This document shows, in pieces, positions 1 to 16,000 of a stretch of 64,000 bases of DNA (the stretch's first letter is position 1; the number at the start of each line of letters is the position of its first letter). Made by a program: the position numbers and the translations under genes. Under the pieces are notes generated by a model. The model had not been told where the DNA came from, made no database searches, and was given only the letters and a program-made list of their open reading frames with translations. Source of the stretch: Schmidtea polychroa (taxonomy: Eukaryota); NCBI GenBank assembly GCA_044892525.1, contig CM097885.1, positions 28,150,001 to 28,214,000 of the forward strand. The letters run 5' to 3'.

Positions 1-1
1 T

Positions 2-409
2 CATCTGGATGTCAAACCTGAAAATATCATGATCAATCAAGCTAATTACCAAATAAAATTTATCGATTTCGAATGTGCCCTTAATGATCATATAAACAAA
101 AATCCAAAATATGACATTTTTGTTGGTACTGTTGGATGTTCAAGCCATAACGCTGTCAAAGGTCTGACATACGATGTGAAGAAAAATATGGTTTTTGAAA
201 TCGGCAGTTTAATGTATTATTGCATTGAAGGGAAAGATATGTTGAAATTTGAAGATGATAATTATGTCAAATGCAATTCTTATTATAAATGTTCCAAATG
301 TGCTGAAAATTTAATTGAAAAATGTTTGTCTTACAGAGAAAATGATAGAATAAAATTAACTAAAATCATAAAATGTAGCTGGTTTAATAATAAAAGTTCG
401 ATAAAATAA
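2..409 (+). CDS. Divergent Pim-like Ser/Thr kinase, C-terminal part (5' end lies outside the window)
   Basis: The frame from position 2 reads HLDVKPENIMIN...IKFIDFE...GTVG...VFEIGSLMY...LIEKCL...R...SWF. Paralogous to the three full-length kinase ORFs. Confidence 0.8.
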   Translation, partial: HLDVKPENIMINQANYQIKFIDFECALNDHINKNPKYDIFVGTVGCSSHNAVKGLTYDVKKNMVFEIGSLMYYCIEGKDMLKFEDDNYVKCNSYYKCSKCAENLIEKCLSYRENDRIKLTKIIKCSWFNNKSSIK

Positions 410-1156
410 AAATTTTGAAAATATTTGTTTTAATATTATTTTTTTATATTTTTATTTAATTTATTTATATTTTTAAAAGTTCCATAAAATAAAAATTTTG
501 AAAATACTTGTTTTAATATTATAATCAATATTGCATCATTATTTGTGTGGAATTTTGTTTTTACTGTTATCTGAATATCGACTTTCACTTTCGAATGTAA
601 TTATCAAATTTAATCAACGATTTCTTTGCAAACTGTTATACTATATTAAATTATTTTTAAACACATTTAATTTAAATACTGTTAATTTAATAGTGAAATA
701 AACATAACTGTTATAATAATAATATGTAATAATGAAATTTATTATTATTTAATTTCAGGAATTGTTGTGTTTAATAATTGTTATGAATAATATAGAAATC
801 ACTTTTAAAAATTGTATCGGGACTGCTGGGGTGATTGTGTGAACTAACACTAATAAAAAAGAACAATTGACGTACCAAAATAATAGGCAATCATGAATTG
901 AATTAAATGAATTTTCATATTTTTCGTAATTTTAATTAACAAGTATATTTTAATTTTTAATTAATTTTTTGTAATTCTATATAATAATAATTTACTATAG
1001 AGAATTAAACTATATAGTGTTTTTATTCCAAGAAGATAGATAACGCTAATAAAAATGACAATAATAATAAAATTAACAACTATTATTGAATTATTAGAAA
1101 GTGACATTCAAACATACGTTTAACGATATATTTGCAACATTTTGCAACGATATATT

Positions 1157-1213
1157 TTGCAACATTTTTACCCCCCCCACCCCTATTGCTCTTGCGGGCT
1201 ACTAACTACCTAC

Positions 1214-1214
<1 letters not shown>
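1157..1214. mobile_element. Orphan right terminus of a Maverick/Polinton-type element
   Basis: ...CCCCTATTGCTCTTGCGGGCTACTAACTACCTACT, the same end as at 2976, followed by (AAT)n. Confidence 0.75.
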
Positions 1215-3147
<1,933 letters not shown>

Positions 3148-3960
3148 TATTGATTGTATTGTTTGTTATTAAGTATTTTGTGTGGATTTCGTAATTTCTG
3201 TTGTTTTTTAATTAAAAATTCATTTAAAATTCTCATTTTTAAAGCCATATAAATATCTGTGTAGTGGTTTTACACAGGGTTATCAAGATATCAATTCTTT
3301 AGACATAATTGAAATTGTTATTAAAGTTCTTAACTCAACCTTAGTTAATATGAAAAGTCGTTCGGAAAATCGTATTGTTACCACCTCTTTATTAAATTCA
3401 AATTTCCTAGATGGATTTTATGTAGATTATTTGAATAAGTTTCGACGTGGTTCACAACAATCAAAGGCTTACAGATTCATTTTTGTCATGTCAAACCGAT
3501 CGTAAAACCAACTTTAAACAGTTTATCCATGGTTTCAAATATCCCATCAGGAGTCCATTCCATTGAAATTACGACAATCTTGTATTAGAAAAGAAAAAGA
3601 ATTAAATTTCCGCTGCACGGCAGACTATTTTATTTGGAAAGAAAATGTCTTACATAAATTAAATAGTAATTGCCATTAATTGATTGTAGCGAAAAATATT
3701 TGATATAAAAGATTTTTGCCGAAAAGGATTATTATTACTGAATATATAATTTAATTATTTATTTAAGAAAATTGATATTCATTTTAATAAATGTGGTTTT
3801 TAGGGCCCCTTTTAGTAAGTGGGAACCATAAAATATTGACATCACAAAACTAGAAACGTTTCTGGGATCTGTGAGGAAAATTGATTTTGAAAAGTGGGCG
3901 ATGGAACAAAAATGTTTCATAAACTAAGATAGTAGATAGATTAAACCTTACTTAATCACC

Positions 3961-4211
3961 CCCTCCCCTTCACTAGAAAATATCTAGGTCGACGCAGAAA
4001 TATTTGTAAATCCCGAAAACATATGGTGTGTGTATATAATATAACAACTTTCATATATTATCAATATTATGGCATGACCTATATTTTTACTTAGATACTT
4101 TGAAGCTAATTTTGTGTCAACCATGCATTTATTGTATATACATACCATATATTTTCGTGATCTACAAGAAATTCTGCGTCGATCTACATATTTTATAGAG
4201 GAAGGTGAGGG
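3961..4211. mobile_element. Old MITE-like inverted-repeat element
   Basis: 3961-4040 (CCCTCCCCTTCACTAGAAAATATCTAGGTCGACGCAGAA...) is an imperfect reverse complement of 4131-4211. Confidence 0.6.
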
Positions 4212-5107
4212 TTGAGGTAGTGGGACATTTTGAGCAATACCAAGACTTCTAAAATTTGCTAATTCACGAAATTGCCGTTTATTTTATTTCCAATTTCTTT
4301 CATTTCTATACTCCCCAAATAATATGATTGCACAAATTTATTCAAAATTTAACTAAATATAATCAATTGAATAAAAAACGGAAATCCAATAAATTTTATG
4401 AAAAAAAAATAATCGAATGGCTTTTGAAAAAATTGAGGAATAATTTTGACGCAGTGAAAGTTTCTAGGAAATTAAAACATAAAAAAAGAAGTAATTGGGA
4501 TTATTAATATTTTATTCATTACCAATTTGATTGGATAAAATTTGAAGTGTACGAGTTTTAAAAAATTTATTAATTTTAAAATAGTATGAATAGAAACAAT
4601 ATAAAATTAAAGAATATTAAAAATTATTTACAATTGATTAAAACAAAAATATTCGCGAATAAAACAACAGCAGCATGTGTATTATATAGTTTTTAGGCTG
4701 TGATCGAAACTGTCATTTTTTTATTGTTTATCATGTCAATATTGTTTAGCTGATATCGCATTTGTTGTTTTAAAGAATAATAATTAATACCGGAATTTAA
4801 TTTTATAATAATTAAATGAGATTTTAATAGATTTCTAATTGTGTTATTTTGTTTCTTCGAATAATCTTAAATAAATGTTATACTACTATGGGCCTTACAA
4901 AACGCGCAATATATTATAGAAAAATACTGTTATATTTGCTATTTATAGCATTTTCCCCGTAATTAAAATCTGAAAAAAAATCTATCCAAACTTCAATATT
5001 TTTATTTTTTTATTTTGTTCTAAATTGAAAATTTACATATTTTCTGTTTATTAATATTTGTTTGGGAATTTAGTGGTACCATTGTTTTATCTATTTTTTT
5101 ACCTACT

Positions 5108-5330
5108 AAGAAAATGTCAGAAGAATTAAAAATGGTCTTCGACGAAGCCGTTAGATTAGCAATTTTATTAAAACAAAACCCTTAAACCCAAAAATAGTTG
5201 AGAAGCTCTGCCAGTATATGATTAGGCACCATCAACAGCTTTTACTCCCGATAAAAGTGCTCTCGCTCTCTCAAGAAAACTTTTTTTCAAGGCTTTTTGA
5301 ACTAAAAGAGGAAGTCGGTATATATTTTAT
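5108..5330 (+). pseudogene. Buster-type hAT transposase fragment
   Basis: With frameshifts: KKMSEELKMVFDEAVR..NFIKTKPLNPKIVEKLCQ..HQQLLL...SRLFELKEEV, typical of the Buster/ZBED5/SCAND3-like core. Confidence 0.65.
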
Positions 5331-6461
5331 TAATTACGGAAAAAATATTCACTTACATAAATGTAATTAATTTGAGTTTGTAAGGATTCAATGTAGCAAT
5401 ATTTGATGCAGAAACATAGAAATCGATTAATAAATGTGAAAACTGTACTAAAAATTCAAATATCAAACATTTCACCTAATATCCATAAATTAACAACAAA
5501 TTTGCAACATTAATTTAATATTAATTAATAATAATTAATATAAATTTTTTAATTAACTTGTTTTTATTTTATTGAATTTGTTATTTTTATTTATTTTTAA
5601 ATTTATTTTATATCGAATTAATGATTTTGTATTTAAAATTTAATTCAATAAATACTTAAATTCTTGTTACTTCATTAAGAAGTCTTATTTAATATTTTTA
5701 GTCGATGGTCCGCGAAGAAAATAGTTTAAGAACTCAGCGGTTTCTAGTGTTCTGCAAAAATATTTAAGTTGATGACGGCTATACACCAAACACCACTGAG
5801 ATACATTTCCTATAGTGGTGGTTAGTGAGTACATCAATTGGTCTCAATAAATTGACTGACCAATTTAATAAATCTCAATTATTTAAAAATTTTTTTTAGC
5901 CATTTTTGAAATGGCTTTCAAGTAAGATGTTTTAATTTTAAGTAAATTTTAAAACTTGAATTTTGATCCATATTGATATGAAATCATTATTCAAGTTCTT
6001 AAATATTACTTTTGGTCAACAATTTTAATTATAAATTATTTTTAATTAATTTTTAGGTTTTAAGGAAATTTATTTTTAAGTATTTTGAAATTATTTTGAT
6101 ATAATGTAAGTCTGATATATTTTTAATTATAATTAAATTATTAAATCAATCGCCAAAAATGAATTTTTCTAAAAAATATTTATAAAACAAATATCAGAAA
6201 TTCTAATGAATATTTAACTTAATTTTAACTCAAATAAGATGGTATTTAATTTTCTTTAAAAAATAAATTTATAAACATTTTCAGCGATCATTTATTTTTT
6301 AAAAATTATTTAAATTAAGTCATTATATAAACGTCTCTTAGCGACGCTTTTCTATGAATCTAAAGTTTGTATGTGTTTTTAGTATGTGCTGTGTTTGTGT
6401 GCAGTATTAAATTTTTCTATCACTTTTTAGATTTCGGTAGTGTAAGGCGTATCTCATTGCA

Positions 6462-7570
6462 CTACACCTAATTCCGAAAGTTAACATTGTCTATAATATA
6501 CGTTGGTGAGCACACCAGTTGAGGTGAGTCACCATTTATATGACAATGTTAACTTAATTTCATTTTTTCAATTTTTCAAAAATCGTTTTCAGGTAAGTTT
6601 TTGAATTTTAAGTAACTTTTAAGACTTGAATTTTGATTTTATATAATTATGAGATCATTATTCAAGTTCTTAAATATTACTTGTAATCAGCATTTATAAT
6701 ATAACATATTGATAATTAGATTTCAGGTGTTTTTTTAGGAATTTTATGACATTTTATGCATTTATTTGGCAGTATCTCGCTAAAATGTAAATTAGATATT
6801 TTTATAGTTATAAATAAATAAATTAATCACCAAACACATTTATTTTTTAAAACATTTATGAAAAAAGCGGCGTATATGGATAAAATAGTTTTTTAAGTTT
6901 TTGTAATCTTCTTTCGAATTTTGTCATTTTCTGTAATTCTATGAAAATATTAATTTGTTAAAATAATTTATTAAAATTTACGATTTGCGATTTTTTCTGC
7001 AAATTCAAAGAAGGATCTTCTTCAATATTTGAAATGCTACCTTCACACAAAGGCAGCGTTTGCCAAGAAATATCTGTTATACTGTAAAATATTTTAATAT
7101 TTTATATTTTAATGAATAAATTTTACATTGTCAGATCTTCACCTTCGCAAAAAGGCACTGTGTCCTGAGAAATATCTGTAAATCTAAAGAAAGTTGATAT
7201 TCTAAATTATTTTATAATTAAATCTTATGATGTATTTTCTTCTTTTTGTCTGAAGCTCAAGGTAGAGCAGTCGGATTCTGAATCAAAAAATTTTTTGTGC
7301 ATAACTTTTTAAATAATTTGAAAATATTAATATGTTAATTATATGTTAATCAATGTTAATTTCGGTAAAAAAACACTATATTAATTTTACATGTATTTTT
7401 CATTATGTGTGCTGTGTTTGTATGCTTAATTATTTTTCTCTCACTTTTTAGATTCCTATAATAAATATGTTAACTTTCGAAACATTAAATTTCTACACAC
7501 AGGTAAGTTTGTGTGTTCCTATAATATATATATATATATATATATTTATTTATTGATTTTATTTTAGATT
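6462..7570 (+). repeat. Dispersed repeat of about 1 kb with a hairpin and many splice-like junctions
   Basis: Inverted copy at about 51790-52795; partial copies at about 5890-6300 and 44520-44760. Confidence 0.8.
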
Positions 7571-8203
7571 ATAGGCTATGCTAACTTTCGGAATTAGAAC
7601 ATCAATGCGAAATCAAAGTAAGTATGTATGTTTCTATAATGTAAACTTATTGATTTTTTCTTATATTATAGGAAACATATTTGAGTGGTGTTTGGTGTAT
7701 TATGATGAAAGTTTGTATTCACATGCATTACGGTTGAACAGCATTGGGGAATATTTATTCAATATATGATAAGTTTTGTTGTTGACATTGCTTTTCATCT
7801 AAATTTTATATATTTTTATATAATGACTTTGTAATTCTATATAAACGCTTGTGCTTACATGTTTCGTTGATCTTTTTGATAACCTATAAAGTTCGACAAA
7901 AAAAGCAAAATTTGACAAAATCATCTTTGTTTCTTAAATTATTTTTTTGTCATTACATTTTGTTTAACTGAACTACATAATTTAATTTTTATAATAAGCC
8001 AATTATTTTATTTTGTATACACATCAACCAAATTCCATAATTAAAAGCAAAGTACAATTATAATTACAAATAATGTCTGGAAATAAAAAAGAACTGGAAA
8101 ATCGGAAGTTCACGAAATGTAGGAGATACTATATTTGTTTGTGTCCGGAATGTTCCCAGACCATTACTGTCCAAAGAATCAACTTTATATTAAAGACTGT
8201 ACG

Positions 8204-8670
8204 CAGTGCAGGATTTACGTATAGGCTACACAGGCTATAGCCTAGGGCCCTTGCTTTCTTATGCTCCTAAAGTGTCCGAATGAGAAATTGTCATGTCGAC
8301 TTAAATATACTGCAGCATTATTTTTCCTACTGCCGAATGTCTGAAACGTCCCATACTCTTCATCCAATTCTTTTAGGACGTCAATTCGAAGAACAAAGGC
8401 AAAGCGCTAATGTGCCTAGGGTTTGTTTAGCCATATTTATGACAACCGAGATTACTGATAAATTTCGACAGCTTTTGAATTTAGAACAACAATGACTCAA
8501 GATAAATTATGTTCCCTCAGTCTCATGTGTCTATACTTCTTAATTGTATATCAGTTTATCCCTCTAGGTATCCGAAAATCATATTTGGCGCTGAGATATG
8601 ATATCTGGTCTTATAAAGGGCCCCGTATTTTAAATAGCCTAGGGCCTTATCAGATCTAAATCCGGCACTG
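8204..8670. mobile_element. hAT-superfamily MITE / deletion derivative
   Basis: TIRs CAGTGCAGGATTTA / TAAATCCGGCACTG. Perfect 8-bp TSD ACTGTACG (8196-8203, 8671-8678). Subterminal TAGCCTAGGGCC motifs. Confidence 0.92.
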
Positions 8671-9169
8671 ACTGTACGTCTGGTCAATCTTTGAAATTCT
8701 AATTCCTATTTCATTTTTATTGTTCTTTTTAATGATGATTCCTAATTGTATTTTATTTTTATTTTATTATCAAAAATCTTTAAATTTTGCAAAGCGGTAA
8801 AATATTCATTTTTATCAATTTTTGATAAAAAAATAAATTGAAAAAATCAAAAAAAAATCAAAAAAAAATCCAATTTTCATAAACCTTGTCAAAAAAAAAT
8901 CTGATTAATTGCATGACTTTAATCAGATTATCAATGATAAAGTTTAAACTTTGATAATTTATTTCAATAGTTTTCGTGCAAATTATATCGAAATTTATTT
9001 CCATTCATAAATATTTTTAGGAAGTAAAATTGAAATTATTTTAAAATAAAAATTGAATGGAAACTAAATAAAATACACATGTAAAAATGGGATTGTGGAT
9101 AGAATTGGTAGAAAAAAGAAATATAATGGAAACAGAGTTAAAGAAAGTTAATAATTAGATATGAAAGTA

Positions 9170-9397
9170 TTGCAAACAAGTTCGTCGTTATTCTCCTCAA
9201 TATATTGGTTTTCAGCACCATGTTCTGGACAGAGTGTTGCGACATGCCATGGCATTTTTTATCAGTGGTGAAACATCCAATCCCAATATATTGTAACACT
9301 TCTTATCAAAAATCATTGCAAATTACGAGTCATTGAAAAGAAATGTGGTTCTCAAGAACACAATCCTATCCTGACTGAGTCAAACATTAGTTGGCGC
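9170..9397 (-). pseudogene. Degraded Cys/His-rich (PHD-like, possibly NSD-type) fragment; left flank of the LTR element
   Basis: Minus-strand pieces LVICND..KCY..LGL..P..PWH..CPEHG..LVC, frameshifted. Confidence 0.3.
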
Positions 9398-9459
9398 TGT
9401 TTAATCGTCCTTTGAAGCTTGGTCCTTATTATAATCATCCGCGTTTCTCGACGGAGCAA

Positions 9460-10038
9460 CTCGTACACTTCATCGGCCACCTCATAATCTGACAGACAAA
9501 TGGAACCTGTATCATTAGTTGCGGTGATTTTCTTGACTTGTAATTTCTCAATATCTGCCTCATGTGCTGGTGTAGGACCACTCTGTTCAAATTGATTCAT
9601 AATACTCGTTACACACTTGTCGAAACTTTGATCTGAAAATATGTAATCTGACAAATCGGATCTAAAATCCAGCGGCAGCAATCCACCAAATAAATTCGAT
9701 ATTAGTTGGCCAAAAACACTATTTCTGTTATCAGGATCTCTTGGAGTCATAAAAAAGGAATCATCAGTTTCGTTTGTAGTACTTCCAACAGGAATATGAC
9801 GAATAAGATGAAAAAAATTCAAAGCCTCATCATCATTTTCCATTGAGTTATGACGAATAATATGAAAAGCATTCAAGGCATCATCATTATTTTCCATTGA
9901 GTTATCAGATTCAATTCTTTCAATAAATCCATCCTTGCACGTCACACATTTATCATCCTGAGATATGTGAACGTCCCTGTTGCATTGAAGAGCATAGTAA
10001 TTCTCGTTATTAAGTGAAGTCATTAAAGAACAAGTCAT
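9460..10038 (-). pseudogene. Intronless RNF115/RNF126-like E3 ligase fragment with truncated RING
   Basis: N-terminal Zn ribbon (YY..QC.....C..C.DGFIE), then DY....FD..VT..MNQFE.SGP.PA...IEKL, then ICL.DY...DEV.EL with the rest of the RING missing. Contains an 18-aa internal tandem duplication. Confidence 0.8.
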
Positions 10039-10290
10039 TAAAGTCCGAATATCAATTTTTTATTGAATCCAAATAGAAAAAAAATCCAAAACATTTTGAA
10101 TTTAAACGACAACTCCAGCAAAATCTCGAACAATCTAATTCAAACCGATACAATCCCGAAATTCCATATAACACAATTAACGCAAGTAGGTAATTAGGAG
10201 CCCGCTGCAGCAATGACCTCCCCGGAGAGGGGGGGGTTCTGCTGCACGATTTTTTTTTGCTGCAACTTTTGATTACGCAATTTTTTTTAT

Positions 10291-10690
10291 CAGACTATAG
10301 TGAGGGGGTCTCGATGGTCCTGGGATTTTCAATACAAAAAAAATTTTCAATACAAAAAGGTGGTCTCAATAAAAAAAGCATGGAATTTTCAGACTATAGT
10401 GAGGGGGTCTCGATGGTCCTGGGATTTTCAATACAAAAAAAATTTTCAATACAAAAAGGTGGTCTCAATAAAAAAAGCATGGAATTTTCAGACTATAGTG
10501 AGGGGGTCTCGATGGTCCAGGGATTTTCAATACAAAAAAAAATTTTTCAATACAAAAATCCGACTACCACTAAAAAAGCCAAGGATTATTCACACTATAG
10601 TGAAGGGGTCTCGATGGTCCTGGGATTTTCAATACAAAAAAATTTTTTCAATACAAAAAGGCGGTCTTCAATAAAAAAGCATGGATTTTT
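10291..10690. repeat. Subterminal tandem repeat of about 99 bp (4 copies; 2 inverted copies at about 20370-20565)
   Basis: Unit CAGACTATAGTGAGGGGGTCTCGATGGTCCTGGGATTTTCAATAC... Confidence 0.92.
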
Positions 10691-10699
10691 CTAGGTCAA

Positions 10700-11530
10700 T
10701 TCAATGGTTCTTAAAAATTAAATTACAATAAATAATGGTCCAAATTTTTCAATTACATTAAATTATGGTCCTAAAAAAATAAATTAAAGTAAATTATGGG
10801 TTTAAAAATTGAATTAAGTAAATTATAGTTCTTAAAAATTAAATTACCGTAAATAATGGTCCAAATTTTTCAATTACAGTAAATAATGGTCCAAATTTTT
10901 GAATTAAAGTAAATTATGGTCCAAATTTTTCAATTACAGTAAATTATGGTTCTTAAAAATTAAATTACAGTAAATTATGGGTCTAAAAATTGAATTAAGG
11001 TTCATATTTTTGAATTAAAGTAAATCATGGTTCAAATTTTTGAATTAAAGTAAATTATGGTTCTAAAAATTGAATTAAAGTAAATTATGGTTCTAAAAAA
11101 TTAAATTATAGTAAATTATTGTCCAAATTTTTGAATTAAAGTAAATCAAGGTCCAAATTTTTCAATTACATTAAATTATGGTCCTAAAAAATTAAATTAC
11201 AGTAAATTATGGGTCTAAAAATTGAATTACAGTAAATTATGGGTCTAAAAATTGAATTACAGTAAATTATGGTTCAAATTTTTAAATTAAAGTAAATTAT
11301 GGTCTAAATAAGTAAATTAAGGTTCATATTTTCGAATTAAAGTAATTAATGGGCTCAGATTTTTCAATTACAGTAAATTATGGTCCAAATTTTTAAATTA
11401 AAGTAAATTAAGGTTCTAAAATATTAAATTAAAGTAAATAATGGTCCAAATTTTAAAATTAAGTAATCAAAGTAAAAAATTAAAATTAAAGTTAAATAAG
11501 TAAATTAAAGTAATAATTTTTTAAATAAGT
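10700..11530. repeat. AT-rich satellite of about 30 bp
   Basis: Unit approximately AAATTATGGTCCAAATTTTTCAATTACAGT. Inverted arrays at 18105-18740, 20003-20290 and 2280-2720. Confidence 0.9.
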
Positions 11531-11784
11531 AAATTAAAGTAAATTTAAGTAAGATTTTAAAATCTATTAACAAAAAGTTGAAATAATAGAAGGGGTTTGA
11601 GAATTGAAATTTTTTAATGAAAATTTTTATGAAATATTTTTCAATGGTAATTTTTAATGGAAATTTTTATGAAATAATTTTTTAAGTTAATTTTTAATGG
11701 AAATTTTAATAGAGTAATTTTTAAGATAATTTTTAATGAAAATTTTCATGAAATATTTTTCAAAGACAAATTTTAATAATAATT

Positions 11785-12525
11785 CAACAACAAACCAACA
11801 ACTTAGTACCAACAACCAGTAACTTATGAACATGTATTAACAACCAGATACCTACAACTAGTTACTAACAACCAATTACCTGATACCAAGTACTTACAAC
11901 TAGATACCACGTACTAAATAACTCTCAAACAACCAGATACTTACAACTAATTACCTGATACTAAGTACCTACAACCACCTAACAAGTACTAACAACCAAA
12001 AACAACCAACTAACAACTAGATACCAAGTACCTACAACCGACAACAATTAGGTACTAAGCATTATCAACCAAGTACCTACAATCACCTACCAAGTACTAA
12101 CAACTAAAAAAAAAAACTAACAACTAACTACAACCTACCAAGTACTAACAACCAACAACAACCAGGTACTAATCATTAATTACCAACTACTAAGTACCTA
12201 CAACTACCTACCAAGTACATACAACCAGGTACTAAGTATTATTAACCAACTACTTACAACCTACAACCAACTAGCTACCACCTACCAAGTACTAACAACC
12301 AACATCAACCAGACACTTACAACTAGATACTAACAACTAGATACCAAGTACCTACAACCACCTACCCATTAACTAGTTACTAAGTACTAACAACTACCTA
12401 CCACCTATTAAGTACATACAACCAACTAACAACCAGACACTAAGCATTATCAACCAAGTACTAACAACCAAGTAACTTACCTAGTACTAAGCACTGTCAA
12501 CTAGATATTAAACACTTACAACCAG
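11785..12525. repeat. C/A-rich strand-biased minisatellite
   Basis: Degenerate CAACTAGATACCAAGTACCTA-type units. Also at 13560-14000 and mirrored in the right arm. Confidence 0.85.
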
Positions 12526-12960
12526 ATGACCACATGAAATTATTGGTTAAATATGAAAATAAGGATTATATTTAGTTGTTAAGTAAATTATGGTGTAAAA
12601 TTAAGAAATAAAGAATAATTAGGTAAATAAAGTTAAAAATTTTAAATAAGTAAATTAAGGTTCAAAATTTAAAATTAAGTAACCAATGGTTCAAATTTTA
12701 AATTAAAGCTAAATAAGTAAATTAAAGTAAGATTTTTAAATTTATTATCAAAAGATTGAATAACCACCAACTTTTTTGAGAAATGTAATTTTTAATGAAA
12801 ATTTAAATGGAAATTTTTTTTTAAGTTAATTTTAAATGTAAAATTTTTTAAGTAATTTTTAATAGAAATTTTTATGGAATAAGTTTTCAATGGTCATTTT
12901 TAATGGAAATTTTAATGGAATAAAAATAATAATAATAAAAATAATAATAATATTAATAAG

Positions 12961-13035
<75 letters not shown>

Positions 13036-16000
13036 TCAATAGTTACCAACAATCGGTTACTGATTATTTTTAACTAGGTGCTAACAAATACTTACAACAT
13101 GATACCACGTACTAACTAACTCTCAGACAACCATATACTTACAACTAACTACTAAATATTCTTCACTGTATTTTATGAAATGCTTTTTAAATTAATATTT
13201 ATTATACAGCTTCTATAATAATTTTAATTACAATCAGTAGAAAAACCTTTTCAAATTTAAAAAAATGTTGATTTTAATCAAAAAAAAACCACAACTCAAT
13301 CACTTTAAAACACCACGTGAAATTCAAAATAATTTAAATTACAATGAAAGACTATAGAATTCTAATTTACAAAACATTCTTCTTTTAATTGATTACTACT
13401 GACTTATTATTGCAAAGTAAAAATCGCATTCAATAAATACTTATTGTTGATCAGTTTTATTATATATGCTCTGAGTTTATCCGACAGGATGTTTTGACCC
13501 CCTAAGGGTACAGGTCGTAAGGGTACTGGCCGTAAGGGTATTGGTCGTAAGGGTATTGGTAACACTCAACCACCACCTACCCATTAACTATCTACTATGT
13601 ACTAACAAACAGCTAACAACTAGATACCAAGTACTTACAACCAAAATCAACCAGCTACTAACAAATATCAACCTACAACTAGATACTAACAACATCGCAC
13701 CAACTACCAAGTACAAGATACCAACAACTTAGTACCAACAACCAGTAACTTACGAACACGGATTTTCAACTATATACCAAGTACTTACAACTAGTTATCA
13801 AGCACTATCAGCAAAATACTATCAACTAGATACCAAGTACCAACAATAACAACACATAAAAATAATAGCAATTAAATACAAAATATTCTTCATCAAATAC
13901 AATATCTTCTTATCAAAATCTAAAAAGTCGATCGGATACCAACTACCAAGTACCAAGTACTAACAACCAACTACCTACAACCAACAACTATGTACTAACA
14001 AATTGATCTTTAAAAGAAAATACTCTTCACTTGAAAAATTGGAGGAAAAATTAATTGAATTCAAGGCATCAATAACTTGGTAAAAATTGATTAAATAATT
14101 GTAAAAATTTAAATTATTCAAAATAAATATCATAAAAATTTAATTAATGGACAAGAAAGAATTCTAATCATCAAGTAAATAAAAGAAAAATACTGATCAT
14201 TCAAGTTGAATCAACTAAGATAATAAATTAATAAAAAGTTTGAAATAAGATCTAATAAATAATTGATTTAGATTGAATAAATTTTAATTATTTTTTTAAA
14301 GTAATACATGTACTCAAATTTATTGACTGATTGCTCAAAATATTGAAAAAATCAGTATAAATTCATTACAATTATCAATGTCATCAATCTACAATAAAAA
14401 TAATTATCATTAAATTCCAAAAGAGACTGATAACTAATGATAACGTCTAATAAACCAGTAAATTCATTTAAATGTCAATAATTAGTATATCCAAGTGAAT
14501 TCTCCAATAAAATCATCTAAAAAGAATCATTTCCCCCTAAATATATCAATATTTAAAGATTGGTATTTTAATGATAAATAATTGTTAAAGATCATATATT
14601 CCCCTCAGACTAATAAGATTCCTTAAATGACTATATTTCAACCCTTAATTCATATTATTACAAATATCATCTAAAAAGGATCAAATTTCATTGAAATAAC
14701 TTTATCTTTAAAGATTAGTATTTTATCGATAAATATCCTTAAAAGGTTATATATTTACCTCAGACTAATAAGATTGCTTAAAATCCATTTAAATGACTAT
14801 AATTATATCTTTAATTCCTATTATCATACATATTTCACTATTGATAAACCCAGTTATAATTAAATTTTTGTTCTAAATGTAAATCACTGCACTCGAAATT
14901 TTAAATAAATATTACTACAATATAACTGACTAGGTCCCATTGAGAAATTTAATTTATTTATTCAATAAAATCTCTATATTCTTCAAATGAAAAAAAAGCA
15001 TGAATAATAACTCCTGAGTACCTACTTTAATTCCTATTATCACGAATATTTCCCTATAAAACATGTCAATATAAATATCAATGTTTTAAGGGAAATTGCA
15101 ATTAGTCAGTTATGAATCAATAATAATGTGAAATTATATCGTTTTATTAGGTTGTGATTAATTCATTGTATATTAATTTAGATTTATGGTTTAGAACAAT
15201 GTTTTATTAAGTAGGGATAATGATCGATTTACTTGGTTTTGACAATGAAAACTTTACAGATAATTGGGATAGACTTCAACTTTAAATTATTTTTATCTTT
15301 ATTTAGACGGACAACGACAAAAGTTGAGAAATATTGATTTAAAACATCGACAACTAAATAAAATTGATCTTTATTGGAAGGAATCTTGATTTTAATTAAT
15401 AATTAAATCGGTTGAATATCGGTAAAAATGATCATTTGAAGAAATATATTTTATTGAATGGATAAATTTAATCTTTCAATGGGACCTAGTCAGTTATATT
15501 TATTTTAAATTTCGAGTACAGTGATTAACAAAAATTTAATTATAACCAGTTTTATCATTAGATTTTATAAATTATTTAGGGTTAATGACCAATTTATTTT
15601 ACATGTTTTATAGGGAAATATTCGTGATAATAGGAATTAAAGTAGGTACTCAGGAGTTATTATTCATGCTTTTTTTTCATTTGAAGAATATAGAGATTTT
15701 ATTGAATAAATAAATTAAATTTCTCAATGGGACCTAGTTATTTCAATGAAATTTGATCCTTTTTAGATGATATTTGTAATAATATGAATTAAGGGTTGAA
15801 ATATAGTCATTTAAGGAATCTTATTAGTCTGAGGGGAATATATGATCTTTAACAATTATTTATCATTAAAATACCAATCTTTAAATATTGATATATTTAG
15901 GGGGAAATGATTCTTTTTAGATGATTTTATTGGAGAATTCACTTGGATATACTAATTATTGACATTTAAATGAATTTACTGGTTTATTAGACGTTATCAT

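Noticed and set aside
10257..10694. Repetitive ORFs and a CRISPR-like look of the 99-bp repeats
   Set aside because: The units are near-identical tandem repeats without unique spacers, in a eukaryotic TIR, with no cas genes.
13541..13732. Twin 63-aa ORFs (13541 plus strand, 16702 minus strand)
   Set aside because: They are a by-product of a strand-biased minisatellite in the palindrome arms, with non-ATG starts.
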